A stretch of 64,000 nucleotides of DNA, from assembly GCA_039545335.1 (NCBI GenBank), contig BCIN01000005.1, positions 372,001 to 436,000 of the forward strand, read 5' to 3'. The position numbers were made by a program, and so were the translations under genes. The notes under the pieces were generated by a model that saw nothing but the letters and a program-made list of their open reading frames with translations, was not told where the DNA came from and made no database searches. This stretch comes from Kondoa subrosea. Taxonomy: Eukaryota. This document shows, piece after piece, positions 22,562 to 35,654 of the stretch; position 1 is the first letter of the stretch; every line of letters starts with the position of its first letter.

Positions 22562-25500
22562 ATGGGCCGCAAACGAATTCATCCTGGCTCAGAATCTGGC
22601 TCAGAAGAGGATGTACCTTTGTCTCAATCGCAGAAGCAGAAGCAGAGACGCAGGCAACGCGAACCAACTCCGCCTGAAGCTGAAGATGTCGAATCTTTTG
22701 ATGTCAAGGCTATTGACTCGCATAGGAGGAATCATGATGGGGTACTCAACTTTCTGGTCAGAGTGAGCTGCTCCACTTATCTTCAAGCCTTTGTATTATT
22801 GGCTGATGTTCATGTTTGATAGTGGGATGGCAAAGACCCTCGCACTGGAGAAGACTGGTCTTGTATGTCTTAGTCTTGTGCTTCATCAATCTTGCTAACT
22901 TCTCGCCAGTGGACAAACATCGAACGTGCGTTGTGTAACATTGGCAGCTCGGGCCTCTTTGGCTGATGTGCGACTTACAGCTGGGAACCGCCTGCTTCTT
23001 TCGATGGCAGCTCTACTGTCCTGGCAACTTATCTTTACAATCATCAATCGATAGCCAACCACCCGACATTGACTTTCATTAGACCTTGTATGGCCATCGG
23101 ACGTCCATCAGACATCTGCTGATCAACGAGGCAGTGTATGAATCTTATTGTGCTTCTCAAGTTAGAAAGCAAGTCGCAACCGGTGAAGCAAAGAAAGCAG
23201 GTCCAGGTCGAGTGAATAAATTACCGTCCGCAGCAATGGTTAAAGATCCTGAAGCACTCAATGCAAGCAAGAAGAGGAAAGAATCAACTTCTGTTCTACC
23301 TAATATCAAGAAAACCAAGACCAGTTCTGGTGGGATCATTCCTGCTGGCGGAAAGAGATCCGAAAAACCGATTGCTGCGATCGCGAGGTACACTGATTCG
23401 GATGAAAGGGATGACCAACCTCTTGCGAGAAGAAAGCCACCTGTTGCAACCACTTCGAAAAAATCTTCGAGTACTCAAGAGAACGCTCATGTTCAGCCCA
23501 AAAAGCCTGCAGTGAAAGCGAAACCTACTACTGCGACTAAATTTGTTGTCAGTACGGCAAACTCGGGTGCTGATTCTTCTCAGCCTGCTGCAAGCAAAGC
23601 TGCCGCTAGAGTTGCGCCCAAAGCAATTGCACCGCAGCTTCCCCAAACTGAATCCACTCGTCCCGCTAAACCCCCTCAAGCTACTCAGCAATCTGCTACT
23701 ACTGATCCCGTGGATGATGACGATGATGAAGAGATCATGGAGCCTGATGCGACTGGCCAAAAGCCGACTTCACCAGGTAAGAAGCTCAAAGAAGATGATC
23801 AGTATCTCGGCTGATGTCATCTTTTGGCTTTCCTTACAGTCAAAAGAGTCATGTCGTATGAAGAAGATCCAGAATTTTTCCAACAGGAAACCGTGCTCAG
23901 TGATCAAGCTCCAGTAGAAACTCAAGTTCCACCTCCTCAGAATGACAAGAACTTATTCGGCACTAGCAGTACAGATGACGATGGAGAAGGTGAAGGAGAG
24001 GAAGAGGCGCTACCTACCACTAATGCTGCTAATGGATCGACTGTTTTGGATATTTTGGATACTTCAGAAGAGGAGGAGATTGCTTATCAGATGGTGAGTT
24101 GCTGCGGCTGTCTTTGAGAATATTCTCATATGTGGTGCGTTGGGACTCACAGAAGCAAGCTACACAGAAGAAAGCGCGAACTTGTAAAGCTTGCAAGCGG
24201 ACAGAGTGCAAAGGTCGCAGGGGAGCTCAGCTGTGTCAGCATCAAGATGAAGAGGAGCCTGCTCAAACTCAAGAGACAGATGCTCTTCCACCTCCTCTGA
24301 GTGAAGCGCCTGCAAGTAAGAAGCGTTTTAAACCTAAAGCAACCACCACGGGCGGAAGTAAAGACCTTTTCACGCAGTTTCCCAACAAAGATCGACAGAT
24401 ATCTGTCAATCGCGATGTGTCTCCTGATGCTCCTCCTTCTCCTGCTGCAGCACCTACTCCAGCTAAAAGCAAAGGCAAAGGTCGGAAGAAGAAAGCTCAA
24501 GCAACTGAAGACGAGGCTAGCAAGTTGGGCGATAGTACGAATCAACCTCAACCACCACCGCGACCTGTCTTACCACCCGAAGAAGCTTCTGCTAGTGAAG
24601 GAGAAGAAGACGAAGATTTCGATGCACTGTTTGATGGTGCCAATTCTCGTGCTAAACATGGCGTAGAAGAACTCGGCGTCAATCGGATTTCTTCATGGGG
24701 TATCAAAGATACCGCAGATACTACTTACCTCTACCAAGTCATTCAAGGCACCAGGTTCTCAAATTCCTATGGAAACCGTTCAGCTGCTGTTGGTGTAACT
24801 CAAATTCAAGATTACTGGAACCTAGAAGGAATATTTGGTGGTCGAATCGACTTATTCGATACTATGGTCAAAGGTAAACGAATTTGGATTCATGCACCGA
24901 CTTGGGACAAACAGAAAGCTCAAGCCAAAGACAAGGACGTTCTGTTAGACATTCAAGCATTGCAATACTTGTTGATGCAGAAAGGAGCAGTAGAAGCTGG
25001 TCCAGATTCAAGAGAAACTTCTGTCGTCTTCATTCATTACTCTGAACTTAGGACGTACAAAGCTGTCAAGAAGATCGTGGAAGGGAAGAGGATGAATAGA
25101 TTGAGGAAATCGGATGATGTGCGATTCTTTGTTTGGGGAACTCATATCGAGGGAATTGGTGCGAGAAAGACTCAAAAGAACATCTTCGTACCTATTTGGA
25201 GTTTAGGTGGGTGGCTTCTCGGGCTGCGCATGTTATATATGCTCAGCGTTCATGTTTCCCCCACAGGCTATGCCATGACTTTCACCTCTCAAGTTGTCAT
25301 CTCGTCACCTCAAGATTTCCTCAGTCTGATTGAAGCGTGTGGTGAATTGGCTCCCATCTTTTTACCTTGGCTTCATGTCGGTCTAGTCACCAGCAAGGCT
25401 CCTTTGGCTCCTCCTGAAGGCCTTGACTTTGGTCCGAACATCGAGTGAGCATGAAAAGGACCACGTCAGAACATAGCTAATGGTGAGGCAGAGCGAGTAT

Positions 25501-25924
25501 TGCTGTATCGTCTACCAACTATGGCACAGCTCTCAAGGTGCTCTATCCTGGTGTACCTCAAGCTGCTCCTTCGATCGGTATCAAGCCTGTTCTTTCTTTC
25601 CCTGCACCTCACGATGTTGTCAAGCCAAACATTTTTGGAGACTTTGCTCATTTAGCTATCGATCCTGCTCCAGATGCCGAAGGCAACGTGGAGGTGGATG
25701 AACTCATGCGTTCAAGCTTGGAGATGATGATCCGCTACTTCTCTGTTAGACGCTGGTTCGTCGTCGGAAGCAGCATGGAACAATTCGAGATTGAGCCTAA
25801 AGCTAGCGACCCTGTTGGTCTTTCTCTCTTCTTCCTACTGTGTGAGGAGCTGACTCGAGGGCTATAGATCGAGTTCGTCGACTTCTCTGCTGCAAGAGAA
25901 CTAATTGATCAGTTTGCTCGTTGA
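22562..25924 (+). CDS. Chromodomain protein with long low-complexity region
   Basis: N-terminal FDVKAIDSHR...FLVRWDG...WEP chromodomain. Central RTCKACKRTECKG..C motif. Globular C-terminal region (VVFIH...RFFVWG). Confidence 0.65.
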
Positions 25925-26137
25925 TCGTACATGCATTTTCTTTCCCTTGTACTTCACTTCACATTAGCCGCATGCTTCACATTGTATAATCTTTTGGCTC
26001 CTGCTCTCTCTCTTCCCCTCTCGAGCGTGACAGCTGCACCGTGACTTTGCTTAGCTAATGATCACTTTGCAAGTATCTATAAATACTCTTGTTGCGGACC
26101 GTCAAGTCAGCTGACATCCAGTCACCTAGCGCTCAGC

Positions 26138-26998
26138 ATGAGCGACTCTGAAGCAGAGAGAGATTTGCCAAGCTGTAGGCTGGCTTCAGACAGAAGTCAT
26201 TGCGTTAACCTGATATTTGGGTTAAACAGAAACATCTGCTTTACTCGAAGACGCTGTACGACGTACAGTACGAGACTGGCAACGTGATCCGGTCTACATT
26301 CAGCTGCTTCTCGTACAACTCGCTGGCTCTACAAACCTGCTCGCAAACTGTTGTTTCGCTACTCCCTCAGGAATCAATGACCTTCTTAGTCTCGCGTTAG
26401 GAATCGATGACGAACTCCCAGTTAGCTGGAATGTTCCGGTCAAGGATTCTCATGTATTCGTCTGGTGGAATCCGATCACTTGGAGACATGAACAGGAAGA
26501 AGTAGTAGTCGAAAAGAGGAAAGGGTTCAAGCTCTTGCTCGAGCTTGTGGACAAGAAGAATGAGGAGGAAGTGCGAGAGATGCTTACGAAACCTCGAATC
26601 AAGTCTTTAAGTTGGTATTCGTATCAAATGTTGGAAGAATGTAAGGAATTTCTGTTTATCAGAGTATAGATCAAGCTTGTGCTAATATCAATGCTTCAGA
26701 CGAGGAATATGCGCTTCGTCACCACACGCCAGCCAAAAAAGCTAGCTTGGACCAGTTTCTCATCATCATGATCACGCTGGTCGTATGTTGCTGGATTTTC
26801 ACCTACAACAACATTAGCCTCCACAGAAGTCAAGGCATCAAGAATCGAGCGTCGGCGTTGGTGGCCGCTTGTCTCGATGGACACTTGCGTATACTCATCG
26901 CAAAGAACGAAACCCAAAATTACGATTTTTGGGATGGATTGGAGGAATGCAAAGCCTTCATCGAATCTAAGAAACAATGGAAGGATTGGATCGCCTAG
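26138..26998 (+). CDS. Hypothetical protein
   Basis: ATG at 26138, plausible GT-AG introns, and open exons ending in ORF 26747..26998. No family recognised. Confidence 0.4.
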
Positions 26999-27574
26999 CG
27001 TACATACCATCATTAGAATCAAATCATGATAAAAATCATTATAGACTCTAGGCATATAGCTCATATCTTTCATCGACTCCTTGGCATGGTCGTGAACCAG
27101 ATACATGCGATGAACATCGCCATTGTGAAAGAGTTCGGAGACGTCCAGAGGAACCAGGCAAGAAGGTAATCAGATGCACCTCGATCGGAGTGAGAAATTT
27201 CCGATATCAGGATGTTACGTGATAGAAATCGCCGCGAGAAGAAAAGAGAGAGAAAGAGAGATTACTCGAAAGACGCAATGGAACGTGTCAGATTCTGTAT
27301 TATGGTAATCTTCCAGTCTGCCGCAGAAGAAAAAGTTCTTCCGACGAGGCGAAAGCGAGCTTCCAGTTGATAACATTCGCTGCAGCTGTGTTACAGGTCT
27401 TGGTCTTGAGAGTTGCTTAGCCAAGTAGCCAAGTAGTGAGTTTCTGTCATGTGCCAACATGCATGTCGACCGAAAGCCACGATATCTGGTCTAGCACGAC
27501 CAAAACGGCCATAACCATCTTGGAAGCACCTGGACCTGTCGTGTATCTTTCCTCACCTGCAGCAGAACAACGAA

Positions 27575-29185
27575 ATGCCTCCTCGTCGAGTGAATTGCAT
27601 TCAATTTCCCTGAGAGTGACAAGATCTGACCTTGGCGAAACAGAAACGCGTGGCGGACGACAAATATGCACCTATTGCACGAGCTTCAACATCAAAGGTG
27701 AAAGCGGAAGACCCTTTGGACGATGACTTCGACGTTTTGGCTGGAGGTGCACAAAGTGAAGACGTGAAACCTGCTAAGAAACGGCGGGTCAGTAAGCCTA
27801 AAGCGAAAGTTGAAGAAGGGGAGAAAAGATTGGTGAGCTGCTGTCACTAGGCTGGCCAGTCTTTGCATGAACTTATATGACTTTCAAACTAGGCTCGCTG
27901 GAGTAGGTTTATCTACATCGAAGACTAATGCTTGCTGACGGGAAAATCTCAGAGCCCAAATGTCCAAAGAATATCTTAGACCGGGTTCAGCGCGTCATGA
28001 CACAAGTGAGCGAAAACAAGGATCATCAGCAAGCTCTGATGGTACCAACGTTTTCCACTCACAGCGCTTCTTCATGATCGATAGAGAGCGAGAGGGCCCT
28101 CAGGAGACTTTCAAGGTGCTGGGCTCTACAGGAAACGTATATCAGGTGAGCTGATTTCTGTTCATTGCTTACACTTCACATTGCTAACGCGAGCAGGTTG
28201 TGATTGGCCTATTGCCAATGTGCGATTGCCCAGACGGGGACAAAGGCAACCACTGCAAGCATATCCTGTTTTGTTTCTGTTGGTCTCTTTCTTGTCCTTC
28301 GTACAAAATATGGTCTGAATGGTCTTTGTCAGTAAAAGTACTAGGGGTACCAATGTCAAGCGAGTTGTACTACCAAAAGTGAGCGATGTGCTTTCAAATG
28401 CGTTGTTATGCTCATTCAGTCTTTAGAGCTCTTCTAACTTCCGAACTCGAACAAGTGAGATCCATCAAATCTCCTGCTATTGGCGCTCATTCTCTTTGTA
28501 CCCACAGATCTTTGCCAATGCTCCTCCGAATCCGACAAATGTAGCTAACGCAAAGCTGACTCACGCGTACAAAGTATCGGTCGGCGAAGCTTCAGCCGAA
28601 GATGTACCAGAACCAGAGGGTGGACGGAAGAATATACCTACGGCTGATGACAACTGTCCTGTGTGCTATGAGAGCTTCGACGAAGGTCAATCGAAGGGGA
28701 TTACCTTCTGCCCGACATGTGTGCGTTCTTTGCTCGAAATGTGATTGTAAACAAAAATTGACGCATCTATGTAGGGGAATGGTTTACATACAGAGTATAT
28801 TCACTTTTCCGCCGATATGTAGCTTCTGTTGACAATTTTCCTATAGATGCTTCAATCAGTGGGCAAGGAAACAGAAACCGCCTACTTGCGTCTTCTGTCG
28901 TGCTCCATTCCCAGATGCTATCGCTTCTTCTTCCGGCGCTGCAGTTTATGTCGATGAGGATGGGTGACTTCGTGAACAGAAATACCTAGCCAGCTGCTCA
29001 TTGTGGATATTAGCTATACAAATCTCGGAGCTGTTGCTGGCTTGCCTCAGTATCGAGATAATTCAACTTACTACATGGGTCCGGTCAGAGGGATGTCGAG
29101 TTCTGCAGCAAGATCTCATTGGGTGAGTAATACACTTCCTGTTCTCGCAAAGCTGATCTATCATTAGGCGCGCGCTTATTATTGA
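27575..29185 (+). CDS. SWIM zinc-finger + RING-finger protein
   Basis: RV.TQRFFMIDR, FKVLGSTGNVY, CDCPD..KGNHCKHILF (SWIM), CPVCYE...C..C.N..H..CF.QW...CVFCR (RING). Confidence 0.85.
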
Positions 29186-29244
29186 TTCGTCTGTGTGGTT
29201 AATAAGAACTGAACAATTTGCATTCCTCTTACACGGGCAGTAGT

Positions 29245-31183
29245 CTAAAAGCCCTCGTTGTACAATTTCTTACATAACGCAACGTAAAGCGTTTCTAATG
29301 AGTATTGACCATCCTTGACCGTCTTGCTCGACGTGAAGATCAAAGGTGCATGTGTCCCTTTGTTTGCTGCTACAGTGACTTTCTTCTCTTCTGGCTCCTT
29401 TGTGGATTTACTTTCGCTTGAAATACCAGGAACCCGTGAGGTGATCCATTTAGCTAATTTGACTGCTCCTGCTGCTTTCCCATCACCGGCTTTCGGGTGT
29501 AGACCTCCTGAGATCTCGGCAATCGTCGTGTTCACATCGTTCCAGCCCCAGCCTAGTAGCTTAGTATCCTGCTTCTCGCTCGCAAAAGAAGAATGAGGTC
29601 CTTCAAAAACCTTAATTGATCCTTTGTCTGAATCTTTGAGCACTTCAGTAGGCGCTTGTTGAGAATGATGTTGTTCTCCCATTCTCCATCCAGCAGCGCC
29701 TAGAAATTATAACTTTACTCAGCCTGCGTTCAAGGACTGAGTGAATCAAAGCGTACCTCTCAATTCCCAATGATCGCAATTTTCTACCACACCAAGGAAT
29801 TCACCATGCATAGCACTTTCAATAGGAACCAACCCATCATTCCCTTTACTCGGTATAGCACCTTCCGAAACCCTTTTCTGATCAGCTGCATCGAGTACGA
29901 ATTTCGGTAACCACAAAGGATGCCAAACGCTTAATTTGGGAGCACGAGCACCAATAGAGTAATATTTGATATCCTCTCGATCGGGTGTAGAAGGGTTGAA
30001 AACGTTTGCTAAATAGGCTGGAGTAAGATTGTAGTAAGCTGGTGAATCGAGAAGTTTGAGCATATAGGAAGATAAAGCTGTTCCTACACCCGGGAAAGCT
30101 GGTTGTTGCTGTGAAGTATTGGAGGAGGAAGCAGAAGAGGCAGAGGGTTGAGCTATTTGTTGTAAGATATGAGCTGGAACGTCGAGGATTGGTTTGGTCA
30201 GGGAGTAAGGAACACGTGGTGGATCTTCTGGGGAGCCTGTAGGTGGAAGCTCTCGCGGAGCACCTATTCCGATATTCGCTCGACACCAGGCCATGAAGTC
30301 GCTACCTTTGTGAGGCGTTGATAAGGTAGTAAGGGATAGTGGATTGTACGAATCGGGCTTGAGATGTGTAAGAAGATATCTTGCGTCCAAGCCGCCCTGT
30401 GGAAAACTTCAGCATGTATTTCCGGCCTTTGTTGGGCAGTTTTCACCATTGAGTGTGCGAGCAGGTTGACATCGCCTGCACCCACTTAAGCCAGATATTC
30501 AGCAGCAGCTGGAAATAACATACGATGCTTCATTTCATTCTCGAGCGTCTTGTGCAACGCATTCGCCCGGTCCTTGACTGCTCCCGTTCTGCCCACACTC
30601 GATCAGACACCTTTCACTCTGCAATTAGAGCAGATTTACGAAGGAACGGCAGTAACAACGACATCTGCTCCAACTTTGTCTCGCAAGATTTTCAAGATAG
30701 CGTGCCAATAGTGCATTTGAAACCTCGACAAGAGGGATATCTGATCGAAACCATACTACAGAACAAAGAAGGAGCATAAGACTTAAGCGAACAAGGATCC
30801 GGGCAATGAAGAGAGTCTTGACATACCAATCCATGACAGAGGACCAGAGGATACCGCGGTTTCCGGACAGGATCAAAGAGAGTAGGATGAGACAGAAGGT
30901 CTTGCAAAGGCTTCGACATAGCTTCAACCGAAGGCAGCTGCTTCGCCTTGTTTGTAGACTTTTCAACTTTCGCTGGCTGCATCTCTTCTGTCGGTATATC
31001 CATCCTCGGCATGGGCTCCAATATCTCTGAGCTGTGTGCTTGCGTTGTGAGCTTTCTTCGTTTTCCATTGCTTTCATGTTTACATGACACGTTCTCTTGC
31101 TCGCTAGGCAGCTCAGTCTTGCGCTTGATTGGTCTGATCCCTCTTGACACAGTCTGTACAGCAAGCAACCTTGGCTGCAGCAT
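29245..31183 (-). CDS. Tgl2-like triacylglycerol lipase
   Basis: PRYPLVLCHGL, VNLLAHSMGGLDARYL, SLTTLSTPHKGS, NDGLVP..SA..GEFLG...CDHW. An alternative in-frame ATG lies at 31243. Confidence 0.88.
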
Positions 31184-31265
31184 TGTTGCTCGGCCTTCCC
31201 GCTGGTCCGCTCCAAAAAGGCATTTTCTTGAAAATGACAGCATTTCTCCCTTTTCTGCAACCGTG

Positions 31266-32859
31266 ATGCGCGTTTTAGGGCTGGCCCTACTCTGGTGTAC
31301 CCATTATGTGATATCCAAGCAGCATGTGCCGCTCTTTAACGCGTCGTCGCATGCTATACCCACTTTGCATAAAAGTCTAGACAGCCTGTTACCTATATTG
31401 CCAGATGTTGCTACAGGCTGGTCAGCTTCTGTACCCAAGGACACCTCTTCTTCTATTCTGCTTGTTACTTTGGCTACTCCTGCCTTTAAGCACCTACTGC
31501 TCAACTTTATGTGCTTCCTGCATTATCGTCTAGGCGAAGCGAATTTCCACCCTGGCAAGTATCTCATCGTCACGTCTTCTCCAGAATTAGCCAAATGGTT
31601 ATCGGATCGTGGCGTCGTCACGCTCATCTTACAATCAGAAGATCTGCATGCCAAGAACGATATCTTTACTGCTCTCAAACAGCTAGATCTAGTCCTGCCT
31701 AGCGAAGCACAATCACCTGTCAATGAAAAAGGTCAAAAGAAGACATTACCTTGGGGAACTTTGCATTACCAATCATTGATGCTGGAACGAACTATCATTT
31801 CTACCGTCCTGGCTGGAGCATTGGCCGAATCTCAGCAAAGTGTCATACAAGACTGGGAAGCTAATCTTGGCTTCTCAATCGACGAGGGAAACAGAGGTAG
31901 CTGGAAGAAGCCTGTTGGTGGGATTTTGCTAGCTGACAATGATGCGGTTTGGTGAGTTCATGCGGCTATCATTTGACCAGGCTAACACCCTGAATCAAAG
32001 GCTGTCTTCTCCTTCATCTCAAATCAATCATTTTTACCGCCCTGGCGTTGATGCTCCTTCTTTCGTCTTTGCCTCAGACACCCATCCGGCTGGAACAACT
32101 ACTTGGGAAAGTCATGAACTCCCCTGCGCCTGCTATTTCTACACTAGAACAGCTCCAGTACCCTATCTAGACGATTCAGATCAAGATGCTCACCTGGACA
32201 CCAACGATCCAGCTCTCAACGCAGCTCAAACATGGCGACATGTTTCCCTATGTCACATAGCTTCCACACTGCAATCATTATCTCAAGCCGTACGAGGTGC
32301 CTTGTTGACAGATCAATCTTCCAACATCGTAGCATTGACAAAAGCAGTCGCACCCTCTTTCCAGCATTCTTCCTTAGGATCAGCTCTATTCCTTTCCAAA
32401 CGTAATTTACTTCCTCATATATCGCATCAAGAGTTCATGCAAGCCTTAACTTCAAACAAAACGCAACTACTGTATGATTTATTGGATAAAGCAGGATTAG
32501 GTCCTGGATCCTTAACCTGCACTGAAAGAGCCGATCAACTCCTCTTAACCTGTCCTAACCCTTCTTCTTCTTCTCTACTATTGAAGCCTCCGAATAAGAA
32601 CACTAAATCTCAAGCTTTACCTTATTCCCTCTTCCCACCCGGTCGAACATTCTTCAACAAAAAAGAAAGAGAACCAGGTGTAACTCCTTGCGTCGTTCAT
32701 GCCAATTACGCAAGTGGGGATCTGAAAGAAGAGTTGTTAAGGGATCATGGACTTTGGGCTTTGCTTGATGAGGAAGAGGGAGAAGAACCGATGTGCGATA
32801 TGGATGTGTTGAATAAGGCCTTTGTTGCTTGGGAAGGACCAGAAGAATCAGAAGAGTAA
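31266..32859 (+). CDS. Nucleotide-diphospho-sugar transferase (PF03407/GT77-like glycosyltransferase)
   Basis: N-terminal signal anchor, LLLNFMC.L, ILLADNDAVW (DxD), LP..LFP.G, VVHANY....K...LR..GLW. One intron near 31952..32001. Confidence 0.72.
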
Positions 32860-33107
32860 AATCAAACAATGGCTGTGGATAATAAGGGCACTTCCGCTCG
32901 AGAAATTCATTTACTACCTGGAAGGAAAGCGCACCAGGTGAGCAATTTCGGGCATTTATCATTTTAGAAACACGGAAGCTAATGACGCACTTGTAAAGCT
33001 GGTAATAAAAGATGCAAGTCTACTCAGATCATGTATGTCTATTGTAGTCTACTGCGAAGAATGTACAAGATACAGAAAAACGACGAGATGCTATCCTTGA
33101 TATTGCC

Positions 33108-34408
33108 CTACCCGTAAAACTTGTACAAAGTCAATCCACCCACTGTTGAAACAATCAGCTGTATCCGCTCTGTCAATAATGAGAACTTACAAGCTATACC
33201 ATAACCCAAAACCTGTAACCCTCCGACTGGTTCCCCTAATAGCAATGCCGAGAAAGCGACCAGCAACACATCCTTGAACACCTTCGCTAATGCCAGAACT
33301 AAACTACTAAGATCAATGATCCTCATGGAAGCTGCAAAGCAAGCAAATTCAGTATCGTTTACGGTATTCAGTGACAACGACAGCTCACCGATGTTGAGGC
33401 AGAAAGTCATTGCCGCGTCCAATAGTAAAGTAAAGAATCCCACGTGTGCCAAAGCTGCAAATGGTGCCAGCCCTTCAATCGGCAGTAATAAAAGCAACAA
33501 ACAGCCTAGACAGATCGGCGCAAATGCATCTATCCTTGGCATCAGACTATCGCTTCAACGTGTGAATTTGACCTACGGAGTGATCCCAATGGCGTCAGAC
33601 CAGCATTGTGCAAAAGCAGCTGAATCAAGCACACTCGAACAGCCTGTGACCAATCTCAGCATGGACCAGTAGATCCTTGAACTTGACTGACCTCTATACA
33701 TATTGCAAGAGCTTGTATACCGAAACCGATAACATTAAAGTCTACACTTCCGTAAGAAGCAATGGCAACGCCTGAACAGCGCTTTTATCAGTATGGTCCC
33801 CATAGCTTCAGTCAGATAAAAAGCATACCGCTACATATGATCAGAATGATACCCACTAGCTTTATTGTGGGTTTCTTCAAGCCAAAAGCGAAAGACACGC
33901 TCGCGACAGCCATTGGACTGCCAGCTTTGATGATTTGAATGGAAGAAACGGACAGGTATAGATAGACCAGGTTCGATAGCCAAAGACTGAGAGCGAACAG
34001 TACTCCAATAGGCAGCAATCGTTTCATGAAGATTTCTGCAGGCGCAGTTGTGATCGGCTGCTCTTGGCTCTCCGTCTCTCCCATTGATACTGCCGCATAC
34101 TGAGATTGAATGGGCCTTTCGAAAAGATCAGGTCGCAGATACTTGATCACTCTTGTAGCAGCCGTTTGGAAGAGCAAATGGACCGAAGTGAGGGTGAGAG
34201 GGAATGGAAAAGCAAGGGTTGTAAGGATGTATTTGCTATAAGACGCGTTCAGAATCAGCACAGACTACATACCAAAGCGTGCAAAGAGGACTCACTTGTA
34301 GAAAATAACGCTGCTGGAGATGGCAATCCAACAAAACAGCAAGGTAGCTTGATAGAGCAGCACACGGCGGTCTGTCTTCGGCTGCTCATGATGTGTAGGC
34401 AGGCTCAT
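33108..34408 (-). CDS. Triose-phosphate/nucleotide-sugar transporter family protein
   Basis: WIAISSSVIFYN.KYIL...FPFPLTLT..HL.F, LPIG.LFALSL.LSN..YLYLSVS.IQ..KA..P, VFKDVLL, LQV.GY.IA. Confidence 0.88.
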
Positions 34409-34787
34409 CAGATAGCGAGCATGCAGACGTGAGTAGCTAGTCTCGCATGTATGGATACACTCGGTTGTTGAATAAAGTCAAGCTTGAAGTAATAGGAACA
34501 GCGATCATTACATAAGATGCATGAAACAGTGACTAGCTAGCTCCCCTTGCCATTAAAGAGCTGTTTACTGTATTTGAGCGTTTCTTCATCATCTTCTTGG
34601 CAAAGTGCAACAGATGAGAATTTAGATTGCTCGTCCCTTTAAAGTCGTCCAATGTAGGAATTCCTTGCAGTAGAGAAGGGGATAAACGAAAGACGATTTG
34701 ACAATTTTCGGAAAGCAAAGTCCAGATACAACTCTCGCAGCGGTGACCTAATATAATCGATGCAACCCAGATCCAACCAAAATAGCA

Positions 34788-34819
34788 GTCGTCCAATTGT
34801 CCAGTTGTCCAGGCGTCCA
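34788..34819. repeat. Tandem 4 x 8-bp repeat (gtcgtcca attgtcca gttgtcca ggcgtcca)
   Basis: Read directly. Further dispersed copies at 34644, 34960, 35117, 35179 and an inverted copy at 35286. Confidence 0.8.
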
Positions 34820-35654
34820 AGTCGATGAAGGGCAGAAGCTTAGACTGCTAAGTTCTGTGGGACCCGGATGCCAGCTTGAAGACTGAAATTGATTTCGGCA
34901 AGGCAAAGTTCCGGTCTGCACACATTGGTTGCAGTCCCGTCCCAGCGCGCGGCAAGCCTGTCGTCCAAATCGAAGTCGATTGAGGGAAATGAGAACTCCT
35001 TTAACATTGAGTCTTTTCAAGATCCCGGCTGAAGCTGATCTTGACCAGTCGAAACGGCGTTGGGCACAGCTTCAGAACATTCATCACCGTGAATGTCTGT
35101 CACACGCCTCGAGCCTGTTGTCCATGTCGATTAGGGAAGGAACTGGCATTTGAGCTAGTCCTTTTTGCCCCGGCTGAAGTCGTCCAAGTTTTGTTGTAAG
35201 CGAAGGGGCTCCGGACCTGCGCGCCTCGCAGAGCCTACATAATCACATCGCGGGGAAATAGGAGACAATTCTTCACAGGCGACCATGGACAACTGGGTAA
35301 AGAGAGCTGCTTTAGCTGTATGTAAGGAATGTAAGTTTCAGAAACTCACATGTCCTAGGTCGAATGGGAAGAAGAGGGAAGAGAAGCTCAAGATCAGCAA
35401 GATATAGGCAGTATAGAGCACAACACGGTCTCAGTCCAAATGGACTAGACCTCGGACCACTCCAGAAACATAGCCTGATTCGGCTGGAATGCCCAACGAA
35501 AGGGGCATCATGAAAGAGCAAAACGCGTCATACAAGGCGATTGGGTAGAAGGACTACTGAGAAGAGCACGACACAGGATCATGAGTAAGACACGCGTAAG
35601 CCAGGCAACGAGCGGAACCTAAACCATTCTTTACATTTCTTTCGACATCAAGTT

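Noticed and set aside
27000..27500. Possible small gene or snRNA in the gap before the SWIM gene
   Set aside because: No U1/U2/U5/U6 or snoRNA hallmark found. The hydrophobic short frame on the minus strand lacks a clear start.
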